A DNA stretch of 64,000 bases from a virus, in the IMG/VR virus record IMGVR_UViG_3300018080_000170, positions 6,394 through 70,393 of that record; one strand, given 5' to 3'. Below are positions 17,050-26,371 of this stretch, piece after piece. The stretch's first letter is position 1; each line of letters opens with the position of its first letter. The notes below the pieces were generated by a model, which searched no databases, had not been told where the DNA came from, and saw only the letters and a list, made by a program, of their open reading frames with translations. Position numbers and translations under genes: made by a program.

Positions 17050-17128
17050 GCCACCTGTTCATCGGTACTGGGCGAGTAAGGCGGGATAAGCGGATGCGGG
17101 AGAATGGGTATAATTAAGGTAGGTTTAA

Positions 17129-17620
17129 ATGACACTTACAGAGTTCGTCAAAAAGCTTATAACATTTGACGTTTTCTGGGGTCGACGTTCAAAGATACAT
17201 CATGGTGTTAGAGATGGAGGGACGAAAGCTACTTCCATCGGAAATAGTTTAATTGCCAAAGTGCACAATGGCAATTCTATTTTCAACGTTAACCATCCAG
17301 ATAACGAATGCCAGGGTGGGCATTACCACGATCCGTTTATTCATAATGAGAAAGTTTGTCTCAGTTTTGATGTAAGCGATTGGGTAAATAATCAGATCGA
17401 GATTATTGCTTCAGGAGTTCCAGGCCCAGGGCAAATTGGACCTCATACATATGCGACATCAAATTGTTTTCAGGTCCAAGTTTACAAGAGAATTGCGATA
17501 AACGCGTGCAAAGAAGTTTTTACAGCAATCGTAGTTGATTGCAATACAAGAAGCATATACCTGAGGAAAACTTCGCTACCTCCTGCATTTAATGGAAAGG
17601 TAATCATTGATGCAGAATAA
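17129..17620 (+). CDS. Putative virion appendage protein (shared beta domain)
   Basis: GQIGPHT...FNG domain is paralogous to the C-terminus of 17802. Confidence 0.55.
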   Translation: MTLTEFVKKLITFDVFWGRRSKIHHGVRDGGTKATSIGNSLIAKVHNGNSIFNVNHPDNECQGGHYHDPFIHNEKVCLSFDVSDWVNNQIEIIASGVPGPGQIGPHTYATSNCFQVQVYKRIAINACKEVFTAIVVDCNTRSIYLRKTSLPPAFNGKVIIDAE

Positions 17621-17802
17621 TGATAAAAAAATACAAAAAACAGAAACAAAAACTAATAAGTAATAATGAAATATTGCTTAGGCGAATAGAAAAATTAGAA
17701 GTAGTACTATTTTTAATTGTCGATGCATTAAGACAGACAGGAATCTCGGAGGGGTTCTTAAAGCAAGTGGAAAGTATTTTGTCGACAAAGGAGAATAAAT
17801 AA
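17620..17802 (+). CDS. Hypothetical protein
   Basis: TAATG coupling at both ends. Confidence 0.55.
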   Translation: MIKKYKKQKQKLISNNEILLRRIEKLEVVLFLIVDALRQTGISEGFLKQVESILSTKENK

Positions 17803-18761
17803 TGGCTAAGCTTAATTACGAACATGTCTTTGCAAGCGCTGGTTTTTCCGGCGAAAATTGGGACATCACTCAAGGCCACAATCAGAGCTTTGATAGTTCG
17901 GGCGATGCGAATGACGTTACTTTTACTGCAGCGACCAGTAAAATTACGTTGTCTGCCGGAACTTTTCCGGCTTGGATGCAGGTCGTGGGTGCCGAGTTCA
18001 GTACAGATTCTGGAACTAACCCTGGTCCGTTTACTATTACCGTAGTGAACAGTAATCAAGATATTGAAGTTAGCCCGGCCCCTGCCGATGAAGAGGGTGT
18101 GGATGTTGTGTTTGATGGTTCGCCTGATACCGATATTCAAGATGTCCTTCTTAAGACCGGAAATGGCGCTATGGAAACTGATGCTCCTCACGCTCTTGTT
18201 TCAACGGGAGCTCTAGGTGCACCGAGAACATTGGCTCTTGATAATATGGAAGCAGAGAACGCGGCTCAAGGCAGTGCAGCTCTCGATGGTAGATTTTTCT
18301 ACCTCTCTATTCAGAATTCGGACATTAGCTCAACTAATTCAATTACGTTGAGTGGGAGTTCGACTATTAATGGAGCTGCTTCATATGTTATTGAGACGAC
18401 TGGTGACTATTTAGTTCATCATATTAGTGGTGGTGTTTGGAGGATTAACGTTCTTCCGACTCCGGGTGAAGTTACCGCTACGATGAAGAGAATCCCTTTT
18501 GCGGCCGCTGATTGGGCTGCTGGGACTAATAATGAAATTACCTGTATCCCGTCTGGAGCGCCAGGCGCTGGACAGATTGGTCCTCATACGCTGACTGTTG
18601 CAGGTTCATACGTTGTTCAGATCGTTAATACCGATCAGACTCCGGATGAAATTGTTGACGCCGAGGTTCAGTTTGATGCAAGCGGGAATATTACCATTTT
18701 GAAAGCAGGTCTTGGGCCAGCTTTTAATGGTGTTATGCTAATCGTTGGTACTCTCGACTAA
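17802..18761 (+). CDS. Putative virion appendage protein, three beta domains
   Basis: G/A/T/S-rich; domains shared with 17129 and 46299. Confidence 0.6.
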   Translation: MAKLNYEHVFASAGFSGENWDITQGHNQSFDSSGDANDVTFTAATSKITLSAGTFPAWMQVVGAEFSTDSGTNPGPFTITVVNSNQDIEVSPAPADEEGVDVVFDGSPDTDIQDVLLKTGNGAMETDAPHALVSTGALGAPRTLALDNMEAENAAQGSAALDGRFFYLSIQNSDISSTNSITLSGSSTINGAASYVIETTGDYLVHHISGGVWRINVLPTPGEVTATMKRIPFAAADWAAGTNNEITCIPSGAPGAGQIGPHTLTVAGSYVVQIVNTDQTPDEIVDAEVQFDASGNITILKAGLGPAFNGVMLIVGTLD

Positions 18762-18786
18762 ACTATTAAAGTCTAGGAGATAAAAC

Positions 18787-18975
18787 ATGGGCGTTAGAGA
18801 AAAGCTCAAAGAGCTTAAAAGCGAAATCCAAGACCTTAGTAGTAGGGAAAGAGCCAAACGTTCTGAGATAGTTGAGCTAAAGAGACTTGTCGAAGAGAAA
18901 AAGAAAAGAGAAGAGTCTCTCAAACTTCTTGAAAAAGAGGAATCTGCTCTACTGAAAGAACTTGGATTAGAATAA
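18787..18975 (+). CDS. Small coiled-coil protein
   Basis: AGGAG RBS; heptad pattern. Confidence 0.6.
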   Translation: MGVREKLKELKSEIQDLSSRERAKRSEIVELKRLVEEKKKREESLKLLEKEESALLKELGLE

Positions 18976-18994
18976 ACAGGAATAGGGGTAGGCA

Positions 18995-19786
18995 GTGGCC
19001 GCGGGCGAAAAAGAAATTGTACAAACTATAAAAGCCTTCGGCGGTGCAGCTCTAAATTATATAGACATATTAGAGTCTGATTTTGCTGCAGCCGCCGGCG
19101 CTGCCTACACACCCCCTGAACTAGGTACATTTCGCCGTGTGGGCGGAAGTCGTATCATTCAATTTCTCAAAAACATTCCCGGCGTAATTGAAACTTTCCA
19201 AACATCGGCTGCGACGATCCGATTGCCTAGTGGTTTAGTAGCAACAAATGATGCTTTGGACGGAAGACAGATTTGGATTAAAAATTCCGGGACTGGAAAT
19301 GTAACTGTAGAAGATCATCTAGGGAATAATCTAGATGATATAGAGGATGGTGTTTTAGCTTTTGCAGCCCACAAGGATAACGATAATTGGGAAGTAAAAT
19401 TTGTCTATGATGTTCCGCCAAGTGCTAGCCCTGGGTTTACTTGGGGAATGAGCGGAAATGTAAAGAATCAATGGCTTCTTAATGATACAGTTCCTTCCAA
19501 TAGAACAGGCCGCAATTTTCCTTTCTATAATGGGGAGATTATTAAAGTTTCGGTTTCAAATGAGCTTTCAAATACTTTTGATGTAAAAATTTATGAACAT
19601 GATGGGACAACATATACCCTTCTTACAACGGTAAGTATGGTTGCCCAGAGAAGTAGTGTCTTTATTCTTTCTGGAATTTTTGTTACTCGTAATAAGGAGT
19701 TAGCTGTATATATATCTGCAAGTGGTGCAAATGCAGCAAAGAACCCTGTAGTCGCACTAATATTAAGTGGGACAAATAAACCGTAA
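18995..19786 (+). CDS. Putative virion appendage protein
   Basis: Middle domain resembles 46299; C-terminal domain resembles 19786. Confidence 0.55.
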   Translation: MAAGEKEIVQTIKAFGGAALNYIDILESDFAAAAGAAYTPPELGTFRRVGGSRIIQFLKNIPGVIETFQTSAATIRLPSGLVATNDALDGRQIWIKNSGTGNVTVEDHLGNNLDDIEDGVLAFAAHKDNDNWEVKFVYDVPPSASPGFTWGMSGNVKNQWLLNDTVPSNRTGRNFPFYNGEIIKVSVSNELSNTFDVKIYEHDGTTYTLLTTVSMVAQRSSVFILSGIFVTRNKELAVYISASGANAAKNPVVALILSGTNKP

Positions 19787-20514
19787 TGGCTAAGATAGTT
19801 AAAAATACTACGCTGAGTGATATCGAAATCTATGGTGTTGGTATAGTTATTGAAGCTGAAGAATCGCACGTAGTTGATCCGTCCAATTATCGTTTGTGGG
19901 CTTCAGCAATTATTGAAGATGCGGCTTTTCAAGCTGACATTGATAGTGGTGATTTAGTTGTTAATGATGGGCATGAAGATTTAAATATTTATGAAGCTAA
20001 AAAGTTTCTTGCGTATCCTGATGAAGCATGGAATGTTAGATTTTGGACCGACGATAGGAGATCAAATGGTTTTCCAAATCATCTAGACACTGTTCAGGAG
20101 GCAATTGAATATGCAAAATCTGGCGCTATTGATAATGACTTAGACACCTTTCAATATGGAAGAGCTGGATTAATTGCGAATACCACTTTTCTCTATAATT
20201 TGTTTCAGATTCCAAGTGATGAATCACCTTCGTGTACAAAATATGATATAATATTTAGGGGTCTATCGTTTTCAAATAGCAATAATTCTGCCTCATTTAA
20301 TGTAAAAGTTTATACATATCCTCCTAACACTAATCCAATTCCTGCCAATAGAACACTTATACATACCCAGGCGTTTAGTGGGTATTCCGGTTATTCGGTA
20401 GATTTAAATATCGATGTGGATATTGGGGAGAGTTTGGCAGTAGAAGTAGAGCCTCCTCAGAGCGGAATTAAACCACAAGGAATTAACGTGATACTTTATT
20501 CGAGGAAACGATAA
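19786..20514 (+). CDS. Putative virion appendage protein
   Basis: N-terminal domain (KN...NDG..DL) shared with 20514. Confidence 0.55.
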   Translation: MAKIVKNTTLSDIEIYGVGIVIEAEESHVVDPSNYRLWASAIIEDAAFQADIDSGDLVVNDGHEDLNIYEAKKFLAYPDEAWNVRFWTDDRRSNGFPNHLDTVQEAIEYAKSGAIDNDLDTFQYGRAGLIANTTFLYNLFQIPSDESPSCTKYDIIFRGLSFSNSNNSASFNVKVYTYPPNTNPIPANRTLIHTQAFSGYSGYSVDLNIDVDIGESLAVEVEPPQSGIKPQGINVILYSRKR

Positions 20515-21200
20515 TGAGAATTATCAAAATTAAAAACCTTCAAGATTCTTCAGATATCTATTGCGGTATCACAATTGGATCTGGGGAATATTATCAACTT
20601 CAATCTATTGGTGAGCGAGATGAGTTTGTAAATAGCACCAAAGTAAGTCAGCATTTGTGGAGTGATCCTGCTAAAATCGCGATTAATGATGGCGAAAGCG
20701 ATCTTAGTTCTGCGGCTGGAGATAAGTGGCTAAAAGAAGGTTGTGAAAATCGTCGTATTTATTTAGAAGATAAGAATAATCCGGGAGAGTTTGATCCTGG
20801 GACTCATGATAGCAATAAGTATTTCAATGTCCATGTCCGTAAAGACTATTCCACTGTAAAACATGCCGAGATTACTACAAAAACCACAACAAATCTTTGG
20901 ATTCCGGCAGATGGAAAGCACGTTGATATTACTGATATACAATTGGGAGGAAGAATTACTGAGAGCGGTAAGTATCTTAAAGTTGTTGTGCAAATTTATC
21001 AGAATAGCGCATGGATTCCTATTTTTTGTGCGCAGGGGTACGGTATTGGACCAATTGCCGGAATGATGCCAATTTGCGGACATTTGGACACAGATAGTGG
21101 AGATGGGGAAGTCGCCCGTGTCCGCGTTGTGACATCTGGCGATGTAGCAGATGACAACTTTGAGATTTGTATTCATATACATGGGCACGAAGAGGGCTAA
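20514..21200 (+). CDS. Putative virion appendage protein
   Basis: N-terminal domain shared with 19786. Confidence 0.55.
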   Translation: MRIIKIKNLQDSSDIYCGITIGSGEYYQLQSIGERDEFVNSTKVSQHLWSDPAKIAINDGESDLSSAAGDKWLKEGCENRRIYLEDKNNPGEFDPGTHDSNKYFNVHVRKDYSTVKHAEITTKTTTNLWIPADGKHVDITDIQLGGRITESGKYLKVVVQIYQNSAWIPIFCAQGYGIGPIAGMMPICGHLDTDSGDGEVARVRVVTSGDVADDNFEICIHIHGHEEG

Positions 21201-21202
21201 TT

Positions 21203-21259
21203 TTTGACAAAAATGTCAAATCAATTTAATTTAAATTGTGCATAAAAAGATACTATAAT
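21203..21259 (+). promoter_or_regulatory. Palindrome TTTGACA-AAAA-TGTCAAA and downstream TATAAT box
   Basis: Perfect 7-bp inverted repeat at 21203-21220; TATAAT at 21254-21259. Confidence 0.45.
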
Positions 21260-21311
21260 TGTAAGGTATATACTCGGAACCAACTAATTTTACATGTAAA
21301 AGGAGTTCATA

Positions 21312-21626
21312 ATGTCAGAGAAAAGATTAAGCGATAAGCAGGTTGGATATGTTCGTACGGCTATCCCCTTGAGGAAAGAGGATAAGATTGAAGAGAAGAT
21401 TGCCCCCATCGCTGTTGGTCAGCTGACTCTTGCTTCCACACCAATTAGTGAAGCAATTGAAGGCGTTGAGGCTGGCGATATTGCAGTCGTTACCCTCCAA
21501 AGTGACGATACAGGCGGAGCAGTTGGTCTTATTCTTGCTGAGTGTGAAGCTGGGAGTCTCAAAGTTACGCCAGCAGCTGTGAATAACGGCGACGCTGTGC
21601 TCTCATTTGTGATTTTTAGAGCATAA
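21312..21626 (+). CDS. Putative capsid decoration protein
   Basis: Small beta protein ending YVIFRA-like (FVIFRA); apparently monocistronic with AAGGAG RBS. Confidence 0.45.
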   Translation: MSEKRLSDKQVGYVRTAIPLRKEDKIEEKIAPIAVGQLTLASTPISEAIEGVEAGDIAVVTLQSDDTGGAVGLILAECEAGSLKVTPAAVNNGDAVLSFVIFRA

Positions 21627-21654
21627 ATTTAAGCACCTAGTGCTTTAATTTTTT
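21625..21654 (+). terminator. Weak intrinsic terminator
   Basis: AAGCAC/GTGCTT hairpin plus T-run. Confidence 0.5.
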
Positions 21655-21670
21655 CTAGGAGGAGAGCCCA

Positions 21671-22078
21671 GTGCCTGATGATAAAGAACGTACTGTTGAA
21701 TTTCAACTCTTAAAGCAAGAAATTACAACTCTTCATAAAACATCAAGCGATTTGAAACAAGCTCAAGTGGATCTTGACGAGAAAGTCGATGGAATTCGTC
21801 TTAGTCTTGCCAAGCAAAATGGAGCTATACCTCGAATTGAATCTAATGTTCAGATGTTGATTACAACTGTTACGCAGCAATTCGATCGGTCGAATAAAAA
21901 AGACGAAGATCAAGACAAAAGAATTGCTAAAAACGAAAAAGATATTGCTCTCATTCAAGAGGCAGAAAAGGTAGAATCGAAAACACTTAAAGATTATAAA
22001 GGATACCTTAAATGGGCAATTGGTTTAGTCGTCTCCTTAGCGGCTTTAGTTCTCGGCGCCCTAAAGTGGCTGTTTTAA
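21671..22078 (+). CDS. Holin-like (XhlA-type architecture) protein
   Basis: Coiled coil plus single C-terminal TM helix; overlaps the endolysin gene. Confidence 0.55.
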   Translation: MPDDKERTVEFQLLKQEITTLHKTSSDLKQAQVDLDEKVDGIRLSLAKQNGAIPRIESNVQMLITTVTQQFDRSNKKDEDQDKRIAKNEKDIALIQEAEKVESKTLKDYKGYLKWAIGLVVSLAALVLGALKWLF

Positions 22079-22503
22079 ATGAGAAGAAAAAAGAAAAAGT
22101 CTCTTTGGGTCCGGACGATAAGCTCTCTGCTCATTTTAGACGCAAAGAGTTTAATTGTCGCTGTGGTCGCTGCTCTCCTGCTGTGGTGGATGGTCAGATT
22201 ATCAAATGGCTAGAAGCTATTAGAAAAAAGATTAGCCTTCAGCGAGCAAAAGATACTAAGATAACCATTACTTCGGGAAAAAGGTGCAAGAAACATAATA
22301 AAAAAATCGGCGGACATTCAAAGAGTAAACATGTTCCCGATGAAAAAGGAGAAGTAAAAGCTGTCGATTTCAAGATAGCTGAACTTTCTGGATCTGATTT
22401 GGAGAATATCGCTCGTTCGGTAGGAGTAAAGGCCGTTGGAGTAGCTTCAACGTGGGTCCATATTGATACTAGAGTTGATAGAGATAGAAGGTGGGAGTAT
22501 TAA
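22012..22503 (+). CDS. Endolysin, peptidase M15A family
   Basis: HF...EF.C.CG, SG.RC..HN, S.H...AVD and VHID motifs. Confidence 0.85.
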   Translation: MGNWFSRLLSGFSSRRPKVAVLNEKKKEKVSLGPDDKLSAHFRRKEFNCRCGRCSPAVVDGQIIKWLEAIRKKISLQRAKDTKITITSGKRCKKHNKKIGGHSKSKHVPDEKGEVKAVDFKIAELSGSDLENIARSVGVKAVGVASTWVHIDTRVDRDRRWEY

Positions 22504-23358
22504 ATGGGTCTTACATTTAATGTATTAGACGGATACAATGATGAGATCATAGATATCGGTACGCTTACTTTCTATGGCATTGAAGGAGATTTGATTTTTA
22601 GGGCTCAAATTGTTGATGAGATATCTGGCGTTCCGTATTATATTAGTGTCGGAGCAACTGTTAAGTTTACATTTCCAGGTGTTGATGAAAATATTATTCT
22701 TTATGGAGCGGTATTGGGGAATAGAAGTTTAGTTCAAACTACGATTCCTGGGGATACTTTGCCTTTTGTTACTACTGGCGGCGTTCAAATTCAAATTACC
22801 GAAGGAATTGGAACGTCTATTGCTTACGCTGGTGGAGCCGTTAGAAAGCTATCTTATACCGAGGGACCTGGTCAACAGCCTGCTGGAACCGGTGTTGGCG
22901 GCGAGACGGTTAAAACAAGCGGTTCGGATCCGGCAGCTGGATATTTGTTAGATGAACTGTTAGCAGGTGCAGGAATTCAAATTACTAAAGAAGTTATTGG
23001 TGGGCAAGAAAAAACGAAGATTGCAGCCGTTAGCACTCCTGTTGAGCAATCAAATCTGACGTTAAAAACAAGTGCAACTTTTACTTGGGATTTGGATACA
23101 AATCAATTGCTTTTTGATGATGATATTGAGATCCACATTCCAGGAACCAGTGTTGTAAATACGATTGATCATAGTGTTAGCTCTCCAATCTTATTTTTGG
23201 CTAATGATCAAGTAGCTTATATTGATGTTAGTTTAACGGCGTCACAAACAATTACTGTGACGGTTGTTGATGAAGCTAGCTTTGTCGATCAACAGGGCCG
23301 ATACATTATGGCGAAGCGTTTGGATGACGAAGTAACTGTTTATGATCTTCTTGTGTAA
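22504..23358 (+). CDS. Putative fibre adaptor: Ig/BppU-like N-domain plus C-domain paralogous to 44387
   Basis: Internal paralogy seen by eye (DQVAY.DV...S.VDQ..RYI..KR). Confidence 0.55.
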   Translation: MGLTFNVLDGYNDEIIDIGTLTFYGIEGDLIFRAQIVDEISGVPYYISVGATVKFTFPGVDENIILYGAVLGNRSLVQTTIPGDTLPFVTTGGVQIQITEGIGTSIAYAGGAVRKLSYTEGPGQQPAGTGVGGETVKTSGSDPAAGYLLDELLAGAGIQITKEVIGGQEKTKIAAVSTPVEQSNLTLKTSATFTWDLDTNQLLFDDDIEIHIPGTSVVNTIDHSVSSPILFLANDQVAYIDVSLTASQTITVTVVDEASFVDQQGRYIMAKRLDDEVTVYDLLV

Positions 23359-23366
23359 GGTGTATA

Positions 23367-23741
23367 ATGTCGTTAGAAGTTAAAGTATTAAATGAGCTGA
23401 ATACGACACAACCGCAAGAGGTTGATGAATTTGAGTTCTTTTCAGGAGAAGATAGAACAATTAAGCTTCAAATATTTGATGAGCCATCAAATAATGACTA
23501 TTTGATTGCTCTATCTTCTACGGTTAATATTGTTTTGCGAAAAAAGGATAACACAGAACTTTCAAAGGCAGCTACTATTGACACGGTACATAGAAGTATT
23601 ATCACCGCTAGTCTTACAGCCGCTGAGACGGCTTTATTGATTAGTGGGAATATTATTGTTACGATTGCCGACGGAGGCTCAACAAGGATAGCTAGAGGAA
23701 TTAACAAGATAAAGCTTTTGTCGAAAGTTAAACCTTTTTAA
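23367..23741 (+). CDS. Ig/BppU-like virion protein
   Basis: Paralogous to the N-domain of 22504. Confidence 0.55.
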   Translation: MSLEVKVLNELNTTQPQEVDEFEFFSGEDRTIKLQIFDEPSNNDYLIALSSTVNIVLRKKDNTELSKAATIDTVHRSIITASLTAAETALLISGNIIVTIADGGSTRIARGINKIKLLSKVKPF

Positions 23742-23959
23742 TGAGACGTAAGATCACAGATATTGAGGAGAGAAAAGCTAGAAAGAATCAAAAACTTTTT
23801 GCAGAGTTAGATAAGAAGATTCTTCAGGTAGAGATGGCTATATTTAAAAAAGAGTGCGAACTTAGTCATTTAAAACTTGAACATATGAGACTTCAAGGAG
23901 AGCTGCAAAAATTGGAAAGTAAGATTGTTAAACATTTGAGAGAACTAGATGTCAAATAG
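23741..23959 (+). CDS. Small coiled-coil protein
   Basis: TAATG-coupled ORF. Confidence 0.55.
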   Translation: MRRKITDIEERKARKNQKLFAELDKKILQVEMAIFKKECELSHLKLEHMRLQGELQKLESKIVKHLRELDVK

Positions 23960-24773
23960 ACACTTTACATCAAGAACTGAAGCATTAATTACGCCAGCCG
24001 TTTTAAAGAGAAGGTATCTTCATGGCGTTAATACCAAAGACGATAACGGGAAAGAGCTATCAAATCAGACTCTTTCTGAGTATATTAATAATGCAGTTGG
24101 TTGGCTAGAGGAAGAATTAGATATCCCTATTCGACCTCTCGTATTTTCAGAAGCCAATGGAAACCAGGAGCTCCACGATTATCGTCATACAGATACTTTC
24201 TGGAATTGGAATTTTATTAGGCTCGATGTTTATCCGGTTATCTCGGTTGAGTCTGTTAAGGTTATGTTCCCAACTGACGAAGAGCTGATCGAATATCCTT
24301 CTGGATGGTTTAGACTTGAACAAGATACAGGTATTCTTAGACTCGTTCCCGATAGTGGATCAGTCCCTGCCGTTCTTACTCATTCGGGGGTTTTGATTCC
24401 TCACCTAGCTCTTCAAAGGAGATTAATTCCGCAGATGTTACAAATTGAGTACACTGCAGGATTTGAGCTTGATAGAATTCCTGTTCTGTTAAACAATATT
24501 ATTGGACTGAAAGCTGCAATTGATGTTCTCAATATTGCTGGTGATTTAATCACGGGAGCAGGAATTGCATCACAGTCAATCGGATTGGATGGATTGAGTC
24601 AAAGTATTGCTACTACGTCGTCAGCGACTAACGCCGGATACGGTGCTCGTATTATTCAGTATGAGAGTCAGTTGTTTGGTGGCGGCGGAGCCGGCTTTGG
24701 TGGAAGTAAGAAGCCAGGGCTGTTACAAAAAGCGAAAGAAAATTACAAAGGAATTAGGATAGACGTGATCTAA
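23949..24773 (+). CDS. Head-tail adaptor (neck) protein
   Basis: IGLDGLSQSI.TT.SA...GYGARI.Q resembles Twort/SPO1-like neck proteins; synteny. Confidence 0.7.
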   Translation: MSNRHFTSRTEALITPAVLKRRYLHGVNTKDDNGKELSNQTLSEYINNAVGWLEEELDIPIRPLVFSEANGNQELHDYRHTDTFWNWNFIRLDVYPVISVESVKVMFPTDEELIEYPSGWFRLEQDTGILRLVPDSGSVPAVLTHSGVLIPHLALQRRLIPQMLQIEYTAGFELDRIPVLLNNIIGLKAAIDVLNIAGDLITGAGIASQSIGLDGLSQSIATTSSATNAGYGARIIQYESQLFGGGGAGFGGSKKPGLLQKAKENYKGIRIDVI

Positions 24774-26368
24774 TGCCATTTGTTCCACATGAAACATCAA
24801 CTTCGGTTACTGATATAAGCTCACATACTTTATCTGAGATGTCAATCCCAGAGAAGTATAAGTTTTATGTGTGGCTGAAGACAAGAGGGATGAAGGTAAA
24901 CGACTTTAAGGAAGTTTCGTTGCCTTCTGGAGTTTTAAGTTTAAGAAAAGATGATGACGGAGTATATAGCGGAAATTTTATTAAAAGTGAGGTAAGTGAT
25001 ACCGGTGAAATTCCGCTAAAGTTTGACAAAAAGACTCTTCCTGAGATTGTTAAAATGCTCGAGGTTAAAGAGTATATTGAGCCTGCATCGGTTGCTTCTC
25101 TTCCAGAGTTAGAAGAAAAGGCTGAGGAGGTCGAGCGACCTGTTGAACCTGAACAAGAAAGTATTTCGGTCCCGTCATCAAAGGGAGATATTAACATTAC
25201 AATTAATGTTCATAAAAGTAAGGGAGCGATTATGAATCGTAATAATGAAAAGGGTAGGAAGTCGTTAGTTAAGGATCTTTATGAAGAGCTGAAGAAATCC
25301 GGCCACACTGTTAAAGAGATCAAAAGCGCTTCTAATATCAGTGAACTAATTAGCAAATTGCCTGAAGATAGACGGGAAACCTTTGAAAAGAGACTAAAGA
25401 ACCAGAAAACCGTCAAGAAAAGCTTCTCGCACTATCAAAAAGAGTATAGTCTTCCCGAGAATCTTGATTCTGATGAGAAGATTAAGAAAGGCAAGAAGGC
25501 TTTTAGGCGCATGATTAAGGATTTCTGTAAGTCTGAAAAGAAAGAGCAGGCCAGTCGTCGTGCTTTTTCTATTTTGAAGAGCAAATATGGTCTTGAAGGA
25601 ATGAAGCAGCTCAAGAAGTCTTTCAAAGATACAAATAATTCTTGGAAAGAAACTCTTGGAGATCTGTTTCCAGAAACTTTTGCTCTTTTGAAAGTTAAGA
25701 CCAACCAGCTTGATGAGACGATGCCCGGGATCAATAAAAGTGGCGCTCCCGTTGATCCTAAGCATTTTTACAAAGCAAGCGAAAATGCCGGTCTTTATAG
25801 GATTCCGATGTATGAGGTTGATCGTGAAGGAGCCGATAAGGCTTATCAAGAGGAAGTTAAAAAGGCTGACGATAAAGCTAAAACTGACTTTATTAATAGC
25901 ACAAAGAATATGAATGTTGAGCCAATTGAGAAATCTGATTTAAGTGCTAGCCCAAATACAAGTGATGAATTGAGTGTTGATGGAAGTGGCGAGAATGAGA
26001 AGCTGAAAGATAATAATCCTGGAACGCAGGATTCTTTTCCGTCTCAAACGCCAAAGATGGATCCTGATGGTAGTCATCACATGGATGATGCCAGAGGGGG
26101 TAATGATGAAATACAGCAGTTTGCCGCACGCGTTAATGCTATGATGCAATCTTCCACTCAAACTAAACCAGATATTACTCCTGAGCGTTCAGAGAATGGT
26201 GAAGCTGGGAATGGCGGAACAGATGAGATTCAGCAAAAAACTGCTCCGAGTCCTTCTCCCGATGCCGAGACCTCAAGTGAACAAAGTAAAATTGAGCACG
26301 ATGGAAGCGGCGGAATGGGCCGAGATGGTAAGGCTGGCGCAATGGATAAGCCAAAAGAAAGATCATAA
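24773..26368 (+). CDS. Putative internal head protein, multiply protease-processed
   Basis: About 11 KS dipeptides in xxKS contexts; low-complexity C-terminus. Confidence 0.5.
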   Translation: MPFVPHETSTSVTDISSHTLSEMSIPEKYKFYVWLKTRGMKVNDFKEVSLPSGVLSLRKDDDGVYSGNFIKSEVSDTGEIPLKFDKKTLPEIVKMLEVKEYIEPASVASLPELEEKAEEVERPVEPEQESISVPSSKGDINITINVHKSKGAIMNRNNEKGRKSLVKDLYEELKKSGHTVKEIKSASNISELISKLPEDRRETFEKRLKNQKTVKKSFSHYQKEYSLPENLDSDEKIKKGKKAFRRMIKDFCKSEKKEQASRRAFSILKSKYGLEGMKQLKKSFKDTNNSWKETLGDLFPETFALLKVKTNQLDETMPGINKSGAPVDPKHFYKASENAGLYRIPMYEVDREGADKAYQEEVKKADDKAKTDFINSTKNMNVEPIEKSDLSASPNTSDELSVDGSGENEKLKDNNPGTQDSFPSQTPKMDPDGSHHMDDARGGNDEIQQFAARVNAMMQSSTQTKPDITPERSENGEAGNGGTDEIQQKTAPSPSPDAETSSEQSKIEHDGSGGMGRDGKAGAMDKPKERS

Positions 26369-26371
26369 TAA

